NCBI GenBank assembly: GCA_963706595.1
Contig: OY970166.1
Coordinates: 2,816,001 to 2,880,000, forward strand
Direction of reading: 5' to 3'
From: an uncultured cyanobacterium
Lineage (GTDB): Bacteria > Cyanobacteriota > Cyanobacteriia > Cyanobacteriales > Nostocaceae
Length of the DNA: 64,000 bases
This document shows positions 20,514 to 31,956 of this stretch, in pieces. The notes beneath the pieces were generated by a model, which saw only the letters and a program-made list of their open reading frames with translations, ran no database searches and was not told where the DNA came from. Both the position numbers and the translations under genes were made by a program. Each line of letters starts with the position of its first letter. The first letter of the stretch is position 1.

Positions 20514-21026
20514 ATGTATCACAAAATTTTAGTTGCTGTAGACAAATCAGAAATGACTCAATATGTATTTGAACAAGCAGTATTTTTAGCAAAAGCTGCT
20601 GATGCCGAAATCATGTTGCTACACATATTATCCCCATTAGAAGACCCCTATATCAGCCCTGTATTTACACAACCAGACCTCATGTATCCATCTGTGCAAA
20701 CCACACCTATGGATAGGTATATACGAGAGTGGGAAGAACTCAAACAACAAAGACTAGATTGGTTGCGATCGCTCAGTGAAACAGCAATTAACGCAGGTGT
20801 AAAAACTGGTTTCACCCAAAATCTTGGTGATGCAGGGAGGATAATTTGTGAAGTCGCTCGTAATTGGCCAGCCGACTTAATTCTTGTTGGTCGTCGAGGT
20901 CGGACTGGAATCAGTGAATTTTTGCTAGGTAGTGTGAGCAATTATGTTCTACATCATGCGCCTTGCTCAATGTTGATAGTACAAGGACGTATTCCTAACA
21001 CCGCAGAAATTCCTCCTCATGCATAG
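20514..21026 (+). CDS. Universal stress protein (UspA family)
   Basis: KILVAVD...ADLILVGRRGRTGISEFLLGSVSNYVLHHAPCS. Confidence 0.93.
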   Translation: MYHKILVAVDKSEMTQYVFEQAVFLAKAADAEIMLLHILSPLEDPYISPVFTQPDLMYPSVQTTPMDRYIREWEELKQQRLDWLRSLSETAINAGVKTGFTQNLGDAGRIICEVARNWPADLILVGRRGRTGISEFLLGSVSNYVLHHAPCSMLIVQGRIPNTAEIPPHA

Positions 21027-21097
21027 GTGTTTCCTACAGCAGTTTGCCATTAAATCAACTCAACATCTTAATTTTATAAATCTTGAGGGGTAGGCAT

Positions 21098-21143
21098 ACT
21101 TCGGCAAGTGTTACAGTGAGCTTGTCGAACTGCTCAGTATAAG
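21098..21143. repeat. 46-bp small dispersed repeat, copy 2 (inverted), inside hairpin GGGTAGGCAT|TCTTGCCTGCCC
   Basis: 42/46 identity to the reverse complement of 13480-13525. Confidence 0.85.
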
Positions 21144-21236
21144 TCTTGCCTGCCCTTTGCTATATTTTCAGTATATCTAAGAAATTTACCATCATCTCGA
21201 AACATTTCGCTTTGAAATCATCATTTTAATTACATA

Positions 21237-21503
21237 TAGGATTACTATTTGATTTTTGAACAGGATTAGGTATTGTAGTGGCGTGACAAGGCTAAAATGT
21301 TGCAATAGATTTTTGAGAAAATCGAGATAAATCTATGTTTTCTGCTTTTTTCCTAATGCACTATTTTAAGCTTGCCACGCTAGTAGGGTGCGTTAGGATG
21401 AAATCCGTAACGCACCTTCCCCAAGGCCTTCGGTGCGTTACGGCTTACGCCTAACACACCCTACCTGTACTTAGTTTGTTTCATAAATTAAATCGGATTC
21501 CTA
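21237..21503. mobile_element. MITE with ~24-bp imperfect TIRs containing a REP doublet and a nested 104-bp element
   Basis: TIRs TAGGATTACTATTTGATTTTTGAA / TTCATAAATTAAATCGGATTCCTA; sister copy at 54111-54256. The nested element 21279-21382 has its own inverted ends and is flanked by GTAG direct repeats. Confidence 0.7.
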
Positions 21504-22182
21504 TATATAGCTGGGGAGTAGGGAGTAGGGAGTGGGTTAAAACCCTCTAAGTTCAAACAAGGGTTTTGCCGCCAAGCAAGATAATTAATCAGACAAAATA
21601 GGATTTACCAATTCTGCAAAAAATGTAGTGACGTTACATGGAATGTCTCTACAAGAGTTCACCGAAAAGACATATTTAATTTTGGGAAATGATTCTTCTT
21701 CTAGTGAAACTAGCAGCAGTTTATTTGCTATATAGTTGAATTCACTAAAATTTATATTAATAATTGTAAATTCATTTGCAATACTTAACGGATCTGGAAA
21801 GCATAAAAAATAGCTATGCTTTAGTATTTCTTTAAAGTAAGATCAGGATTTATACGGATATAATTAGGTCTATAACTGTTTAAAATAATGGAATAGATAA
21901 CAAATTCTTTAACTCATCTTAATGACAGCTTAAAGTTATGTGAGAGTAAATTATGCGTCAAATTACTCTTCTATCATCATTAGCTTTGTTGACTTTTACT
22001 GTCATTAATCTTTAGCATCTTCACGAAGGAGCGCTCTCGGTTATTACATAAATAAGAAGTAGACAATTATCGAAATTAGTCTGCCAAGTCTATTCCTCAT
22101 CATTAAGACGCTTGCCAACAGCTATATAGCTAGTTTGGGTAATTTAAAGGGCTGACTTGTTAATTGATCAAAGGAATAAAGT

Positions 22183-23394
22183 ATGACCCACCCGGAACTG
22201 ATGATATCAAATAATATACTTCACGAATTTAAAACTTGTACTCAACTGCAATACAATGGTTATTTAAATATTAAAAGTACCAAGGGACATAAATGGATTT
22301 TCTACTATCGTCTAGGACGAATAGTTTGGGCAACTGGAGGAACCCATCCTTTCCGGCGCTGGCGGCGAAATATGACTCAATACTGCCCTCAGATTGATGT
22401 AGATAGGTTAAATTTACGGAAAGAAGACATAGAACTAGACTACTGGGATTATCGCATTCTAGAAATTTTGTATAAAAGACAAAGAATTGAACGAGAACAA
22501 ATTCATGCTTTTGTAGAAAACACAGTAGCAGAACTGTTATTTGATTTAGCCCAACAAACAAATTTTGTTTCTGCCAGTTGCGATCGCATTCAGGAAGTTA
22601 TCCTAGAAACACCCATGAGTTTCACGAGTGCAAATGTCTCGATGAAACAGATGGAAGACGCGTGGAAAACTTGGTCGGAAGCTGGTTTGGCTAATTTTTC
22701 TCCTGACTTAGCACCAGTTCTGCGGAAATCAGAACAACTCCAGCAACAGGTAAGTCCATCAGTTTACAAAAACTTTGTAAATTTGATTAACGGCAAATAC
22801 ACTCTGCGAGATTTAGCCGCCAAAATGAAACAGGGTATTGTCCCTGTCACCCGTTCATTACTGCCCTATATTCTCAAAGGTATTATTGAACTAGTAGAAG
22901 TACCTGATTTGCCTTTGTTAGTTACAGCAGTTAAAAATAAATCTGTTTCCAGCCCAGTTCCGAAATCTACTGCGCCCTTGGTAGCTTGCGTGGATGATAG
23001 CCCTCAGATTTGTAATACTCTGGAGGAAATTATGATCTCATACGGACTAAGATTTATCAAGATTCAAGATGCTGTCCAAGCTTTACCAATCCTGATTCAA
23101 GATAAGCCAGACCTGATTTTTTTAGATTTAATTATGCCCATTGCTAATGGGTATGAAATTTGTACTCAGTTGCGCCGAATTTCAGCCTTTGCCGACACAC
23201 CTGTGATTATCTTAACGGGAAACGATGGTCTTTTGGATCGAGTCCGAGCCAAGGTGGTCGGTGCTACAGATTTTATGACTAAACCCGTAGCATCAGATAA
23301 AGTCATGAGTGTAGTCCGGAAATATTTACCTGTAAAGCCGCAAGAGAAGTTAAACAGAAGGCTAGATCAAACTCATTTAAAGGTTTGTCATTAA
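22183..23394 (+). CDS. pixG: PatA-family response regulator (PATAN/DUF4388 + REC)
   Basis: N-terminal PATAN-like (WIFYYRLGRIVWATGG); C-terminal receiver VDDS..FLDLIMP..NGYE..TKP; first gene of the Che-like operon. Confidence 0.85.
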   Translation: MTHPELMISNNILHEFKTCTQLQYNGYLNIKSTKGHKWIFYYRLGRIVWATGGTHPFRRWRRNMTQYCPQIDVDRLNLRKEDIELDYWDYRILEILYKRQRIEREQIHAFVENTVAELLFDLAQQTNFVSASCDRIQEVILETPMSFTSANVSMKQMEDAWKTWSEAGLANFSPDLAPVLRKSEQLQQQVSPSVYKNFVNLINGKYTLRDLAAKMKQGIVPVTRSLLPYILKGIIELVEVPDLPLLVTAVKNKSVSSPVPKSTAPLVACVDDSPQICNTLEEIMISYGLRFIKIQDAVQALPILIQDKPDLIFLDLIMPIANGYEICTQLRRISAFADTPVIILTGNDGLLDRVRAKVVGATDFMTKPVASDKVMSVVRKYLPVKPQEKLNRRLDQTHLKVCH

Positions 23395-23542
23395 AATCTT
23401 TCCTGTTGGTATTTTTGCTGGAAATAAATGAGAAAAATTCAGTTTTCAAACTTTCTTTATAACTCAAGTAAAAATTTAACTTATCAATAGGATTAATCAG
23501 ATTTTTTTAACGTCAAATTATGATCAAGGAATTTGAACAGCA

Positions 23543-23637
23543 TAGTACCGCAAGGCGGAAGTCAAAAGTCAAAAAGCTTATAAAATAGGCTTTTCATCGA
23601 TTTTAAATGGTCTGTTTATTTACGCCGACTTGTAATA
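23543..23637. repeat. Short MITE-like intergenic repeat
   Basis: Imperfect inverted ends TAGTACCGCAAGGCGGAAGT / TTTACGCCGACTTGTAATA with internal GTCAAAA heptamers. Confidence 0.5.
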
Positions 23638-23763
23638 GCCTTTTTTCGGATTAAATATAAAAATTATCAAATGAAATTGCAGAGGATTGCAACTTTGTAT
23701 TGATATAATTTAGACACATAGTTCTATGTTTTCATTGTCAGAATAAATTTACAGGTGCTTACC

Positions 23764-24126
23764 ATGAATACTGTTTTAGTCGTTGAAGATGGTTTGACTG
23801 ATATGGAAATTATCAGTCGTTACTTGCAACAAGCGGGTTACTATGTAGTTAGTGCTACAAGTAGTGAAGAAGTTCAGGGCAAAATAGATAGCAATAAGCC
23901 AGATGTAATATTTCTTGATGTAATTTTACCAGGTAAAAGCGGATTTGAAATTTGCCGAGAATTGAAAAATAACCCCGACACTAGCAAAATACCCATAGTT
24001 TTTTGCTCAACTAAAAATAGTGATGTCGATAAAATTTGGGGAAATATGCTGGGTGCTGAAGCTTATCTTGCCAAACCTATAAATCCAGAAGAATTAGTAG
24101 TTACCCTGAATAGATTGCTGAAGTAA
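23764..24126 (+). CDS. pixH: CheY-like single-domain response regulator
   Basis: VLVVED, FLDVILP, SGFE, CSTK, AKP. Confidence 0.88.
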   Translation: MNTVLVVEDGLTDMEIISRYLQQAGYYVVSATSSEEVQGKIDSNKPDVIFLDVILPGKSGFEICRELKNNPDTSKIPIVFCSTKNSDVDKIWGNMLGAEAYLAKPINPEELVVTLNRLLK

Positions 24127-24308
24127 AACTCGATAATTTGTGACTACTTGGAATGAATTTACCAACAGTTTCTGAAGAGGATAATTCCTAGAATTTATCT
24201 GTGCAGTTAAGCTAAAATCCTCAAGCCCACAGATAAAGCTGTGGTATCAATCCAAAATCTAAAATTGTCTGACTTAAAGTAATTATCTAGATCAAAGGAC
24301 AAATAACT

Positions 24309-24782
24309 TTGGAGAACAAGCAAAAATTTTTAAGTTTGAACTTGGGTGCAAAAGATACAGCAGTAATTTCTTTACAACAGATTACAGAAGTATTTCAAGT
24401 CTCCTTGGCAGATATATGTGGCGTTCCCCAGATGCCAAGTTGCGTTTTGGGTATCTATAACTGGCGTGGGGAGATGCTTTGGTTAGTTGATTTAGAGGAA
24501 ATGCTGGGTTATCCACCAGTTTTGCAAGAAGCAAATTTTCTCTCAAATATGATGACCATTGTGCTGGAAAAAGAGGGTAAATATTTAGGTTTATTGGTGC
24601 GGTCTCTCATGGATATTGAATGGCTAGATATCAATAAAATTAAGCCTGCATCTGCCGAATTATTTTATCCAGCCATGTCACCTTTTTTAAAAGGTTACTT
24701 TATTAATAGTGCTGAGGAGATGCTATTAAATTTGGATGCTACAGCAATTATTCAATCTCATATCTGGGCTATTAATAATTAA
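24309..24782 (+). CDS. pixI: CheW-like adaptor
   Basis: VPQMPSCVLGIYNWRGEMLWLVDL, GLLV; TTG start after an AAAGGA RBS. Confidence 0.88.
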   Translation: MENKQKFLSLNLGAKDTAVISLQQITEVFQVSLADICGVPQMPSCVLGIYNWRGEMLWLVDLEEMLGYPPVLQEANFLSNMMTIVLEKEGKYLGLLVRSLMDIEWLDINKIKPASAELFYPAMSPFLKGYFINSAEEMLLNLDATAIIQSHIWAINN

Positions 24783-24830
24783 TTTTCCGTCCCGACTGAA
24801 TACTATTAACAATTTTTGAGGCAATTTATC

Positions 24831-27800
24831 ATGACAGTTACATATCAGAACAGCCACGAAAATGAGCCAACAATGACTGATTTAGAACAGTTAAAAACTC
24901 CGAATGGTGGCAATTCTACCTCTGCATTGAATGTAGTTGACCAAGAATTTAAAAATTGGCGGCGAGATTTGCAAGAAATTACAACTCGAATGCGTCAAGC
25001 CTCAGATATGGATACGCTACTTCAAGTTACTGTGGCACAAATCAGGGCAAAAATTGCCTGCGATCGCGCCTTAATTTATCGCTTTACTTCTCTAGAATCT
25101 GGTACGGTTTTATCAGAATCTAGAGGCAGAGGTTGGACACCGACTATCAATGAAAATCTTCCAGGTATTCTGTTTGGTTTATATACCAGTGAAGACTATT
25201 TAGAACCTGTCGCTATTAACGATATTAATCAGGTACAACTGACACCTTATCAAAAGCAACTTTTAGAAAAATTTCAAGTCAAATCTAGTTTAACTTCACC
25301 CATTGTGGTAGAGGGTAAGGTCTGGGGCTTATTAGCAATCAATAATTGTGATTTAATCCGCCAATGGCAAGAGTCTGAAACTACTCTAATATCTCAAATT
25401 AGCACAGAACTCACCTACAAATTAAAAAGCTTTGAATACCAAAATGAATTACAACAGCAAGTCCTAGCTAAAAAATCGGTAGCCAGAGTCATTGATAAGA
25501 TTTTACGGGTATCAAGTGTCGAGCAAATTTTCCAAACAACCACTCAAGAAATTCGGCAATTATTGCGGTGCGATCGCGTCGGTGTTTACCGCTTTAAACC
25601 TGATTGGAGTGGCGAGTTTGTCTCCGAGTCAGTGGGTGAAGGTTGGATAAAATTGGTGACACCAGATTTCAAAATGGTTTGGGAAGATTCACACTTACAA
25701 GAAACCAAAGGAGGACGTTACGCCCAGGGTGAAAGCTTTGCTGTCAATGATATCTATCAAATGGGACATCAACAATGCCACATTGATATTTTAGAACAAT
25801 TTCAAATGAAAGCCTATATAATTGTGCCAATTTTTTCTGGTGAACAATTGTGGGGTTTATTGGCCGCTTATCAAAATTCTGGCCCGCGTGAATGGCAATC
25901 TTGGCAAGTAAGCTTTTTGACTGAGATTGGTTTACAATGTGGTGTCGCTATTTCTCAGGGTGAATATCTCGAACAAGTGCAGGTTAAATCTGAGCAATTA
26001 GTTCAAATTGCTGCCCAAGAAAAAGCACTGACAAAGACAATTAACCGGATTCGACAAGCTTTAGATGTAGACAGTTTTTTCAAAACAACTACTCAAGAAG
26101 TCCGCCAATCATTACGCTGCGATCGCGTCGCAGTTTATCGCTTCAGGGATGATTGGGGGGGCGAATTTGTAGCTGAATCAGTGGGGAACAATTGGGTAAA
26201 ATTAGTCGGGCCCGATATCAAAACAGTTTTAGATGATACCTACTTACAAGATACTCAGGGCGGTCGTTATACCAAAGGGGAAACCTTTGTGGTTAATGAC
26301 ACTTATACCATAGGACTTGCTCCTTGTCACATCGAGATTTTAGAGCAGTTTGAAGCCAAAGCTTATATCATTGTGCCGATCTTCTTTAGTGACAAACTAT
26401 GGGGCTTATTCGGAGCTTATCAAAACTCTGGTTCTCGTGAATGGCAGTCCTGGGAAGTTAACTTTTTAAATCAAATTGCCCTGCAATTTAGCCTAGCGAA
26501 ATCGCAAATAGATTATCTTGAACAAGTCAGGATAAAATCTGAGAAATTAGCGACCATAGCCGAAGAAGAAAAAGCAGTTACGAAGATAGTTAACCGCATT
26601 CGTCAATGCTTAGATGTAGAGGAGATTTTCAAAACAGCCACTCAAGAAGTCCGCCAATTACTAAGATGCGATCGCGTCGCAGTTTATCGCTTCAATCCCG
26701 ATTGGGGCGGCGAATTTATCGCCGAATCAGTAGGTCATAATTGGGTAAAACTAGTAGGCGTTGACATCAAAACCGTTTGGGATGATAGCCACTTACAAGA
26801 AACTCAAGGCGGTCGATATGCCAAAGGTGAAAGCTTTGTTGCTAATAATATCTATCAAGTAGATCATTCTCCTTGCCATATTGAAATTTTAGAGCAATTT
26901 GAAATCAAAGCTTACGTCATAGTTCCGATCTTCTCAGGAGAACAATTGTGGGGCTTATTGGCAGCTTATCAAAATTCCAGTCCTCGTGATTGGGAAGAAT
27001 CGCAAGCCACCCTGTTAGCACGTATTGGCGACCAACTAGGGTTAGCATTACAACAGACTGAATATTTGCAACAACTACAAGCACAATCAGCCAAACTAGC
27101 AGAAGCCGCAGCACGAGAAAAAGCCGCCAAAGAATTACTACAAAAACGGTCTATTCAACTGCTAACAGCCCTCAGACCAGCCTTGGATGGAGATTTAACA
27201 GTCCGCGCCCCAATTACCGAAGACGAGCTAGGTACAATTGCAGATGCCTACAACAATACTTTGCAAGCACTGCGGCAAATTGTGATCCAAGTCCAAACCA
27301 CTTCCCAAAAAGTAGCCCAAACTTCTAGTAGTAGTGATGCGTCACTGGCGGGACTGACAAATCTCGCCAAACAACAATCTCAAGAAATCACCACAGCCCT
27401 CAACGATATTCAACAGATGGTAGACTCTACCCAAGCGGTGGTAACTAATGCTGATTTGGTGCAAGTGGCGTTACAAAAAGCCAACCAAACCGTAGAGTCT
27501 GGTGATGCAGCAATGAACCAAACTGTCAAAGCCATCCAAGGAATTCGTGAAACCGTCGCCCAAACCAGTAAAAAAATTAAACGCCTGAGTGAATCTTCGC
27601 AAAAAATCTCCAAAGTGGTGAATTTAATCAGCAGTTTCGCCACACAGACCAACGTACTGGCGTTAAATGCAGCCATTGAAGCCACTCGTGCCGGTGAATA
27701 TGGTAAAGGCTTTGCAGTTGTAGCCGATGAAGTTCGTTCTTTATCTCGCCAATCAGCCGCCGCCACAATTGAAATTGAAAAATTAGTCCAAGAGATTCAA

Positions 27801-28124
27801 ACTGAAACCGGAGAAGTAGCAGTGGCGATGGAAACAGGGATTCAGCAGGTAGTGGAAGGGACAAACTTTGTTAGTGAAACTCGCCAAAACTTGAATGCAA
27901 TTGTTTCTGCAACTGCTGAAATCAGTCAGTTAATCCAGAGAATTACCGCCGCCACCCAACAACAAATGGGACAATCTGTAACGGTAACAGCATCAATGCA
28001 AGATGTAGCCGAAATTGCCAACAAGACTTTTACCGAATCTCAAGAAATTGCTGCGGTCTTGCAAGATTTATCAGGAATGGCACAAGGTTTATTAGCAACT
28101 GCTAGTAAGTTTAAAGTCAATTAA
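24831..28124 (+). CDS. pixJ: Soluble methyl-accepting chemotaxis protein with four GAF domains (red/green cyanobacteriochrome, AnPixJ/NpR6012-like)
   Basis: GAF2-4 carry DRVxxYRFxxDWxGEF, (W/L)xDxxLQxTxGGRY and the chromophore CH motif; GAF1 lacks the Cys. HAMP and MCP hairpin [31 protein letters not shown] follow. Confidence 0.92.
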   Translation: MTVTYQNSHENEPTMTDLEQLKTPNGGNSTSALNVVDQEFKNWRRDLQEITTRMRQASDMDTLLQVTVAQIRAKIACDRALIYRFTSLESGTVLSESRGRGWTPTINENLPGILFGLYTSEDYLEPVAINDINQVQLTPYQKQLLEKFQVKSSLTSPIVVEGKVWGLLAINNCDLIRQWQESETTLISQISTELTYKLKSFEYQNELQQQVLAKKSVARVIDKILRVSSVEQIFQTTTQEIRQLLRCDRVGVYRFKPDWSGEFVSESVGEGWIKLVTPDFKMVWEDSHLQETKGGRYAQGESFAVNDIYQMGHQQCHIDILEQFQMKAYIIVPIFSGEQLWGLLAAYQNSGPREWQSWQVSFLTEIGLQCGVAISQGEYLEQVQVKSEQLVQIAAQEKALTKTINRIRQALDVDSFFKTTTQEVRQSLRCDRVAVYRFRDDWGGEFVAESVGNNWVKLVGPDIKTVLDDTYLQDTQGGRYTKGETFVVNDTYTIGLAPCHIEILEQFEAKAYIIVPIFFSDKLWGLFGAYQNSGSREWQSWEVNFLNQIALQFSLAKSQIDYLEQVRIKSEKLATIAEEEKAVTKIVNRIRQCLDVEEIFKTATQEVRQLLRCDRVAVYRFNPDWGGEFIAESVGHNWVKLVGVDIKTVWDDSHLQETQGGRYAKGESFVANNIYQVDHSPCHIEILEQFEIKAYVIVPIFSGEQLWGLLAAYQNSSPRDWEESQATLLARIGDQLGLALQQTEYLQQLQAQSAKLAEAAAREKAAKELLQKRSIQLLTALRPALDGDLTVRAPITEDELGTIADAYNNTLQALRQIVIQVQTTSQKVAQTSSSSDASLAGLTNLAKQQSQEITTALNDIQQMVDSTQAVVTNADLVQVALQKANQTVESGDAAMNQTVKAIQGIRETVAQTSKKIKRLSESSQKISKVVNLISSFATQTNVLALNAAIEATRAGEYGKGFAVVADEVRSLSRQSAAATIEIEKLVQEIQTETGEVAVAMETGIQQVVEGTNFVSETRQNLNAIVSATAEISQLIQRITAATQQQMGQSVTVTASMQDVAEIANKTFTESQEIAAVLQDLSGMAQGLLATASKFKVN

Positions 28125-28126
28125 TC

Positions 28127-28297
28127 TGGGAGTAGGGAGTAGGGAATAAGAGGCAGGGGGGCAGGGTGCAGGGTGCAGGGGGGAATAGGTGGCCGTATAT
28201 CCCACACTCCCCACTCCCCACTTCTCATTTCCCAATTCCCCACTCCCCACTCCCCACTCCCCACTCCCCACTCCCCACTCCCCACTCCCCACTCCCC
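28127..28297. repeat. STRR arrays (GGGGAGT)/(GCAGGGT)/(CCCCACT)n
   Basis: Multiple heptamer arrays between the MCP and CheA genes. Confidence 0.85.
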
Positions 28298-28301
28298 TAT
28301 T

Positions 28302-31300
28302 ATGATTACAGATGCAGAAATTCGTGAACAAGGCTATATATATTTTCTGGCAGAAGCCCCAGATTTATTACAAATCATTGAACAAGAACTGTTTAGCTTA
28401 TTAGAAGAATTTAGTATTGCTAAAGTTCATAACTTAATGCGGGCAACTCATACACTCAAAGGCGGATCTGCTAACGTTGGATTAGAGATTATTAAAATGA
28501 TCTCTCATTCTTTAGAAGATGTTTTTAAAGCTCTTTACAATCCATCTGTGGTAATTGATGCTGAACTGCAAACACTCTTATTCCAAGCTTACGAATGTTT
28601 GAGCCTAGCCCTAACAACAGAACTGACAGAGAGTACAGTTAATAATGAAGAACTTCTGCAAAGAGCAGCTTTAGTTTTTGCTCAATTGCAAGAAAAACTT
28701 GGTGATGCTTATGGTAATGAAACTCATATTCCTACTTCTGAGGAATTAGGTTTTGATATTGTACAATCAATTTTTGAAACAGGTGTAAAGCAGCGTTTAG
28801 AAAGTATTGCTGAAGTTATTCATCATCCACCCGATGACCAAGAGTTTCAAGTTTTTTTAAGTTCTCAGGCTGAGGTGTTTCTGGGATTGGCAGAATCGTT
28901 AAATTTGCCTGGACTGCAAGAAATTTCTCGGATAATTATAGTCGCACTAGAAGCTAACCCTAAACAAGTACATCAGATTGCTGAACTGGCTCTGATAGAC
29001 TTACAGCAAGCACAAAAAGACGTACTCGGAGGCGATCGCATTTGTGGTGGCGCACCTTCACCAGAGTGGCAAAAACTCACAACTGTGGTAGATGAAGAGT
29101 TATCTGGATCTACTGGGAATTTTCTCAGTAATGCAGAAGACTTTTATAATTTTTTAACAGCATCTGGTAATACCAAAAATGAGCAGATCAAGCCAACAAC
29201 TGCCAAGCTATATTTAAAAGTAATTTACTATATTTTTGGCTGGTTTAATCACCAGATGGAAATACCTAAACAAGAACTTGAGTTATCTTTACTTATTCCC
29301 AAATTAGAGAAAGATCACCAAATAAATTATATTAATAATTGGTTAACTGATTTTTTGAATTTTGTCCAAGAGGAGGAAGATAGCCATAGTCTTTGCCTTT
29401 ATCGCCACGGCATAATTTTAATAATTCTGCTAGCAGTGGCTAAATTTCAATATATATCTGACCAGTCTGAAAGCTATGTTGTTTTAGTTCAAACATTACA
29501 AAATCAAATTCGGACATTAGCAAAAGAATATAAAAATTATTCCCCTGTTAATACTCAAGAGAAAAATTGGCTTGACAGTCCTAAATTACGTCCATTGCTA
29601 ATTTTTAAAGAAATATCAAATTCTGCGTTACCCATAACCGATAACTTGGTAGAAGAAATATGGGGAGCAGCATCAGAACCAAACCTCACTGATGATGAGG
29701 AAGTTAATAAATCATTAGCTGTCAGTGAGCAGGTAGTTGCAGATATTATCGAAACAGACATTGAAGCTATTGCTAATGCAGCTATCCAAAACAACGAACA
29801 GATACAAGAAGATAAATCCCAGTCGCCAGAAAATAAAACTTATCGCAAACCGACATTTATTCGTGTAGATGTAGACAAACTGCAACACCTAAATTATCTA
29901 GCTGGGGAATTACTGATTTATCAAAAACGCCGGACATTATACGATGAGAAAATTAAAGAAGTATTTGAACAATTATTAAAACGATTTAGTAGACACCAAG
30001 CAACTTTAAATCAATTAAGAGATTTACCTTTGCAGATGCAAAATTTCACATCCCAACCCACACAAAATTTTTCCTCTGTGAAATTTGATGCTTTGGAAAT
30101 GGATGTATATACAGAATTTCATCTGTCATTGCATGAAGCGATGGAAGAAGTTATGCAATTACAAGAAACTACAGAGTCCCTTGATTTATTACTCAGACAA
30201 GCTACTCAAATTAGTGACCAAAAACAGAGTTTAGCTTTTAGTATCATCGATAATTTAGTGGAAGCGCGGTTATCACCTCTGGGGAATGTCCTCAATCGCT
30301 TACCCCAGTTGGTGCAAAAACTGGGAAGTGTCTATGACAAAGTTGTAGAATTGAAACTCACAGGTACGGGAGTGCTAGTTGATAAAGCAATTGCTGAAAA
30401 GCTTTACGAACCCTTACTGCACTTAGTCCGTAATGCTTTTGACCACGGTATTGAATCTCCAGCACTTCGTCAAAAACATGGTAAACCAGAACAAGGATTA
30501 ATTGAAATTTGTGCCTATCATCAGGGTAGTCAAACTGTTATTGAAGTTCGAGATGATGGACAGGGATTAAATTTTGAACGTATTCGCAAAAAAGCTATTG
30601 AACTTAATTTTATAGCTGAAGATGACGCTAAAGGCTATTTTTCTCACTCGGATCAATCCGAATTATTAGATTTGATGTTTTTTCCAGGATTGTCCACTGC
30701 GGATCAGGTAAATGAAATTTCTGGACGTGGTATGGGGTTAGATATTGTGCGTTCTCAGTTACAAGCACTCAAAGGCTCTATTTCAGTTCAATCTTTACCT
30801 AATCAGGGTACAACTTTTATCCTCAAAATACCTTTTTCTATGACCACTGATAAATTAATGTTAGTCCAGGCGGGAGGAGTTGTTTACGCTCTACTGTTGG
30901 ACAGTATCGAAAAAATATTGATTCCTTCTACTCAGCAGATCAAGGAATTTGAAGACAAAAGAGTTTTACATTTGAATATAGATGATCATGAAACTATGAT
31001 CAACTTACATAAATTTTCTGAGTTGATTGATTATCAAGGTTCATTATTTAATGGTGCTAATTTACTAGGTAATACACCAATTATTCATGAAGCAGGAGTT
31101 ATGAAAAATCCTGTTTTGCTACTACGACGAAATCAAAGCGGTTTTGGTTTAGAAGTTGACCAAATAATTGGTGAACAAGAATTAGTAATTAGACCTTTAG
31201 GAAGTGCGATCGCACCACCAAAATATGTGTATGGTTGTAGTAGTTTAGCCAACGGTAATCTCATCTTAGTAATTGATGCGATATTACTGCTGGAGTCGAA

Positions 31301-31877
31301 GGAAAGTCCAGCCAAGTTGGATATTGCCACACTACCAGCAGCTCATAATTCGCCGCAAAAAGCCCTAGAGATGTCAGGGTATAATCTCTCAGATATGCCT
31401 TTATTGGCTGCTTCTGCGCCCACAAATACTATAGAAGAACAACCCCGTCGCTTTCTAGAACCAAGTCGCAAAGCTCCAAAAGTGATTTTAGTTGTAGATG
31501 ATGCCATTAGTCTCAGGCAAACCCTTTCTCTGACGTTACAAAAATCAGGCTATCAAGTCATACAGGCACAAAATGGTGTAGAAGCTCTAGAACAGTTGCA
31601 ACGCCATGCGGAAATTCAGGTAATTATCTCTGACTTAGAAATGCCACGCATGAATGGTTTTGAACTATTAAGTAATCTCCGACAAAACCCCAATTTCGTC
31701 AACATACCCATAGTAATTCTCACTTCCCGTAGTGCGGAAAAACATCGTCAGCTTGCTCAAGAACTGGGCGCAAATGCTTACTTAACCAAGCCTTACTTGG
31801 AGCATGAATTTCTTTCTATTGTCAATGATTTGATTAATCAAGAAGACTCAGATTCAACCTCTTTGGTAATGGTATAG
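28302..31877 (+). CDS. pixL: CheA-like hybrid histidine kinase (Hpt, HATPase, CheW, REC)
   Basis: RATHTLKGG (Hpt), LLHLVRNAFDHGIE, DDGQG, GLST..ISGRGMGLD, GTTF, C-terminal receiver. The ORF extension upstream of 28302 is repeat-derived. Confidence 0.9.
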   Translation: MITDAEIREQGYIYFLAEAPDLLQIIEQELFSLLEEFSIAKVHNLMRATHTLKGGSANVGLEIIKMISHSLEDVFKALYNPSVVIDAELQTLLFQAYECLSLALTTELTESTVNNEELLQRAALVFAQLQEKLGDAYGNETHIPTSEELGFDIVQSIFETGVKQRLESIAEVIHHPPDDQEFQVFLSSQAEVFLGLAESLNLPGLQEISRIIIVALEANPKQVHQIAELALIDLQQAQKDVLGGDRICGGAPSPEWQKLTTVVDEELSGSTGNFLSNAEDFYNFLTASGNTKNEQIKPTTAKLYLKVIYYIFGWFNHQMEIPKQELELSLLIPKLEKDHQINYINNWLTDFLNFVQEEEDSHSLCLYRHGIILIILLAVAKFQYISDQSESYVVLVQTLQNQIRTLAKEYKNYSPVNTQEKNWLDSPKLRPLLIFKEISNSALPITDNLVEEIWGAASEPNLTDDEEVNKSLAVSEQVVADIIETDIEAIANAAIQNNEQIQEDKSQSPENKTYRKPTFIRVDVDKLQHLNYLAGELLIYQKRRTLYDEKIKEVFEQLLKRFSRHQATLNQLRDLPLQMQNFTSQPTQNFSSVKFDALEMDVYTEFHLSLHEAMEEVMQLQETTESLDLLLRQATQISDQKQSLAFSIIDNLVEARLSPLGNVLNRLPQLVQKLGSVYDKVVELKLTGTGVLVDKAIAEKLYEPLLHLVRNAFDHGIESPALRQKHGKPEQGLIEICAYHQGSQTVIEVRDDGQGLNFERIRKKAIELNFIAEDDAKGYFSHSDQSELLDLMFFPGLSTADQVNEISGRGMGLDIVRSQLQALKGSISVQSLPNQGTTFILKIPFSMTTDKLMLVQAGGVVYALLLDSIEKILIPSTQQIKEFEDKRVLHLNIDDHETMINLHKFSELIDYQGSLFNGANLLGNTPIIHEAGVMKNPVLLLRRNQSGFGLEVDQIIGEQELVIRPLGSAIAPPKYVYGCSSLANGNLILVIDAILLLESKESPAKLDIATLPAAHNSPQKALEMSGYNLSDMPLLAASAPTNTIEEQPRRFLEPSRKAPKVILVVDDAISLRQTLSLTLQKSGYQVIQAQNGVEALEQLQRHAEIQVIISDLEMPRMNGFELLSNLRQNPNFVNIPIVILTSRSAEKHRQLAQELGANAYLTKPYLEHEFLSIVNDLINQEDSDSTSLVMV

Positions 31878-31891
31878 CCATAAAACATAAC

Positions 31892-31927
31892 AAAAACCCC
31901 TTCAATGCTCTCCATGAAGGGGTAATT
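31892..31927. terminator. Hairpin between convergent pixL and PEP-CTERM genes
   Basis: ACCCCTTCA-N10-TGAAGGGGT, with an A run on the left that reads as a U tail on the minus strand. Confidence 0.6.
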
Positions 31928-31956
31928 AAGTCTAATAGCAATTTAAGTTAGAACAT

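Noticed and set aside
28173..28301. N-terminal PTPHSPL repeats on the CheA-like ORF
   Set aside because: Translation of an intergenic STRR array; the Hpt domain begins at ATG 28302.
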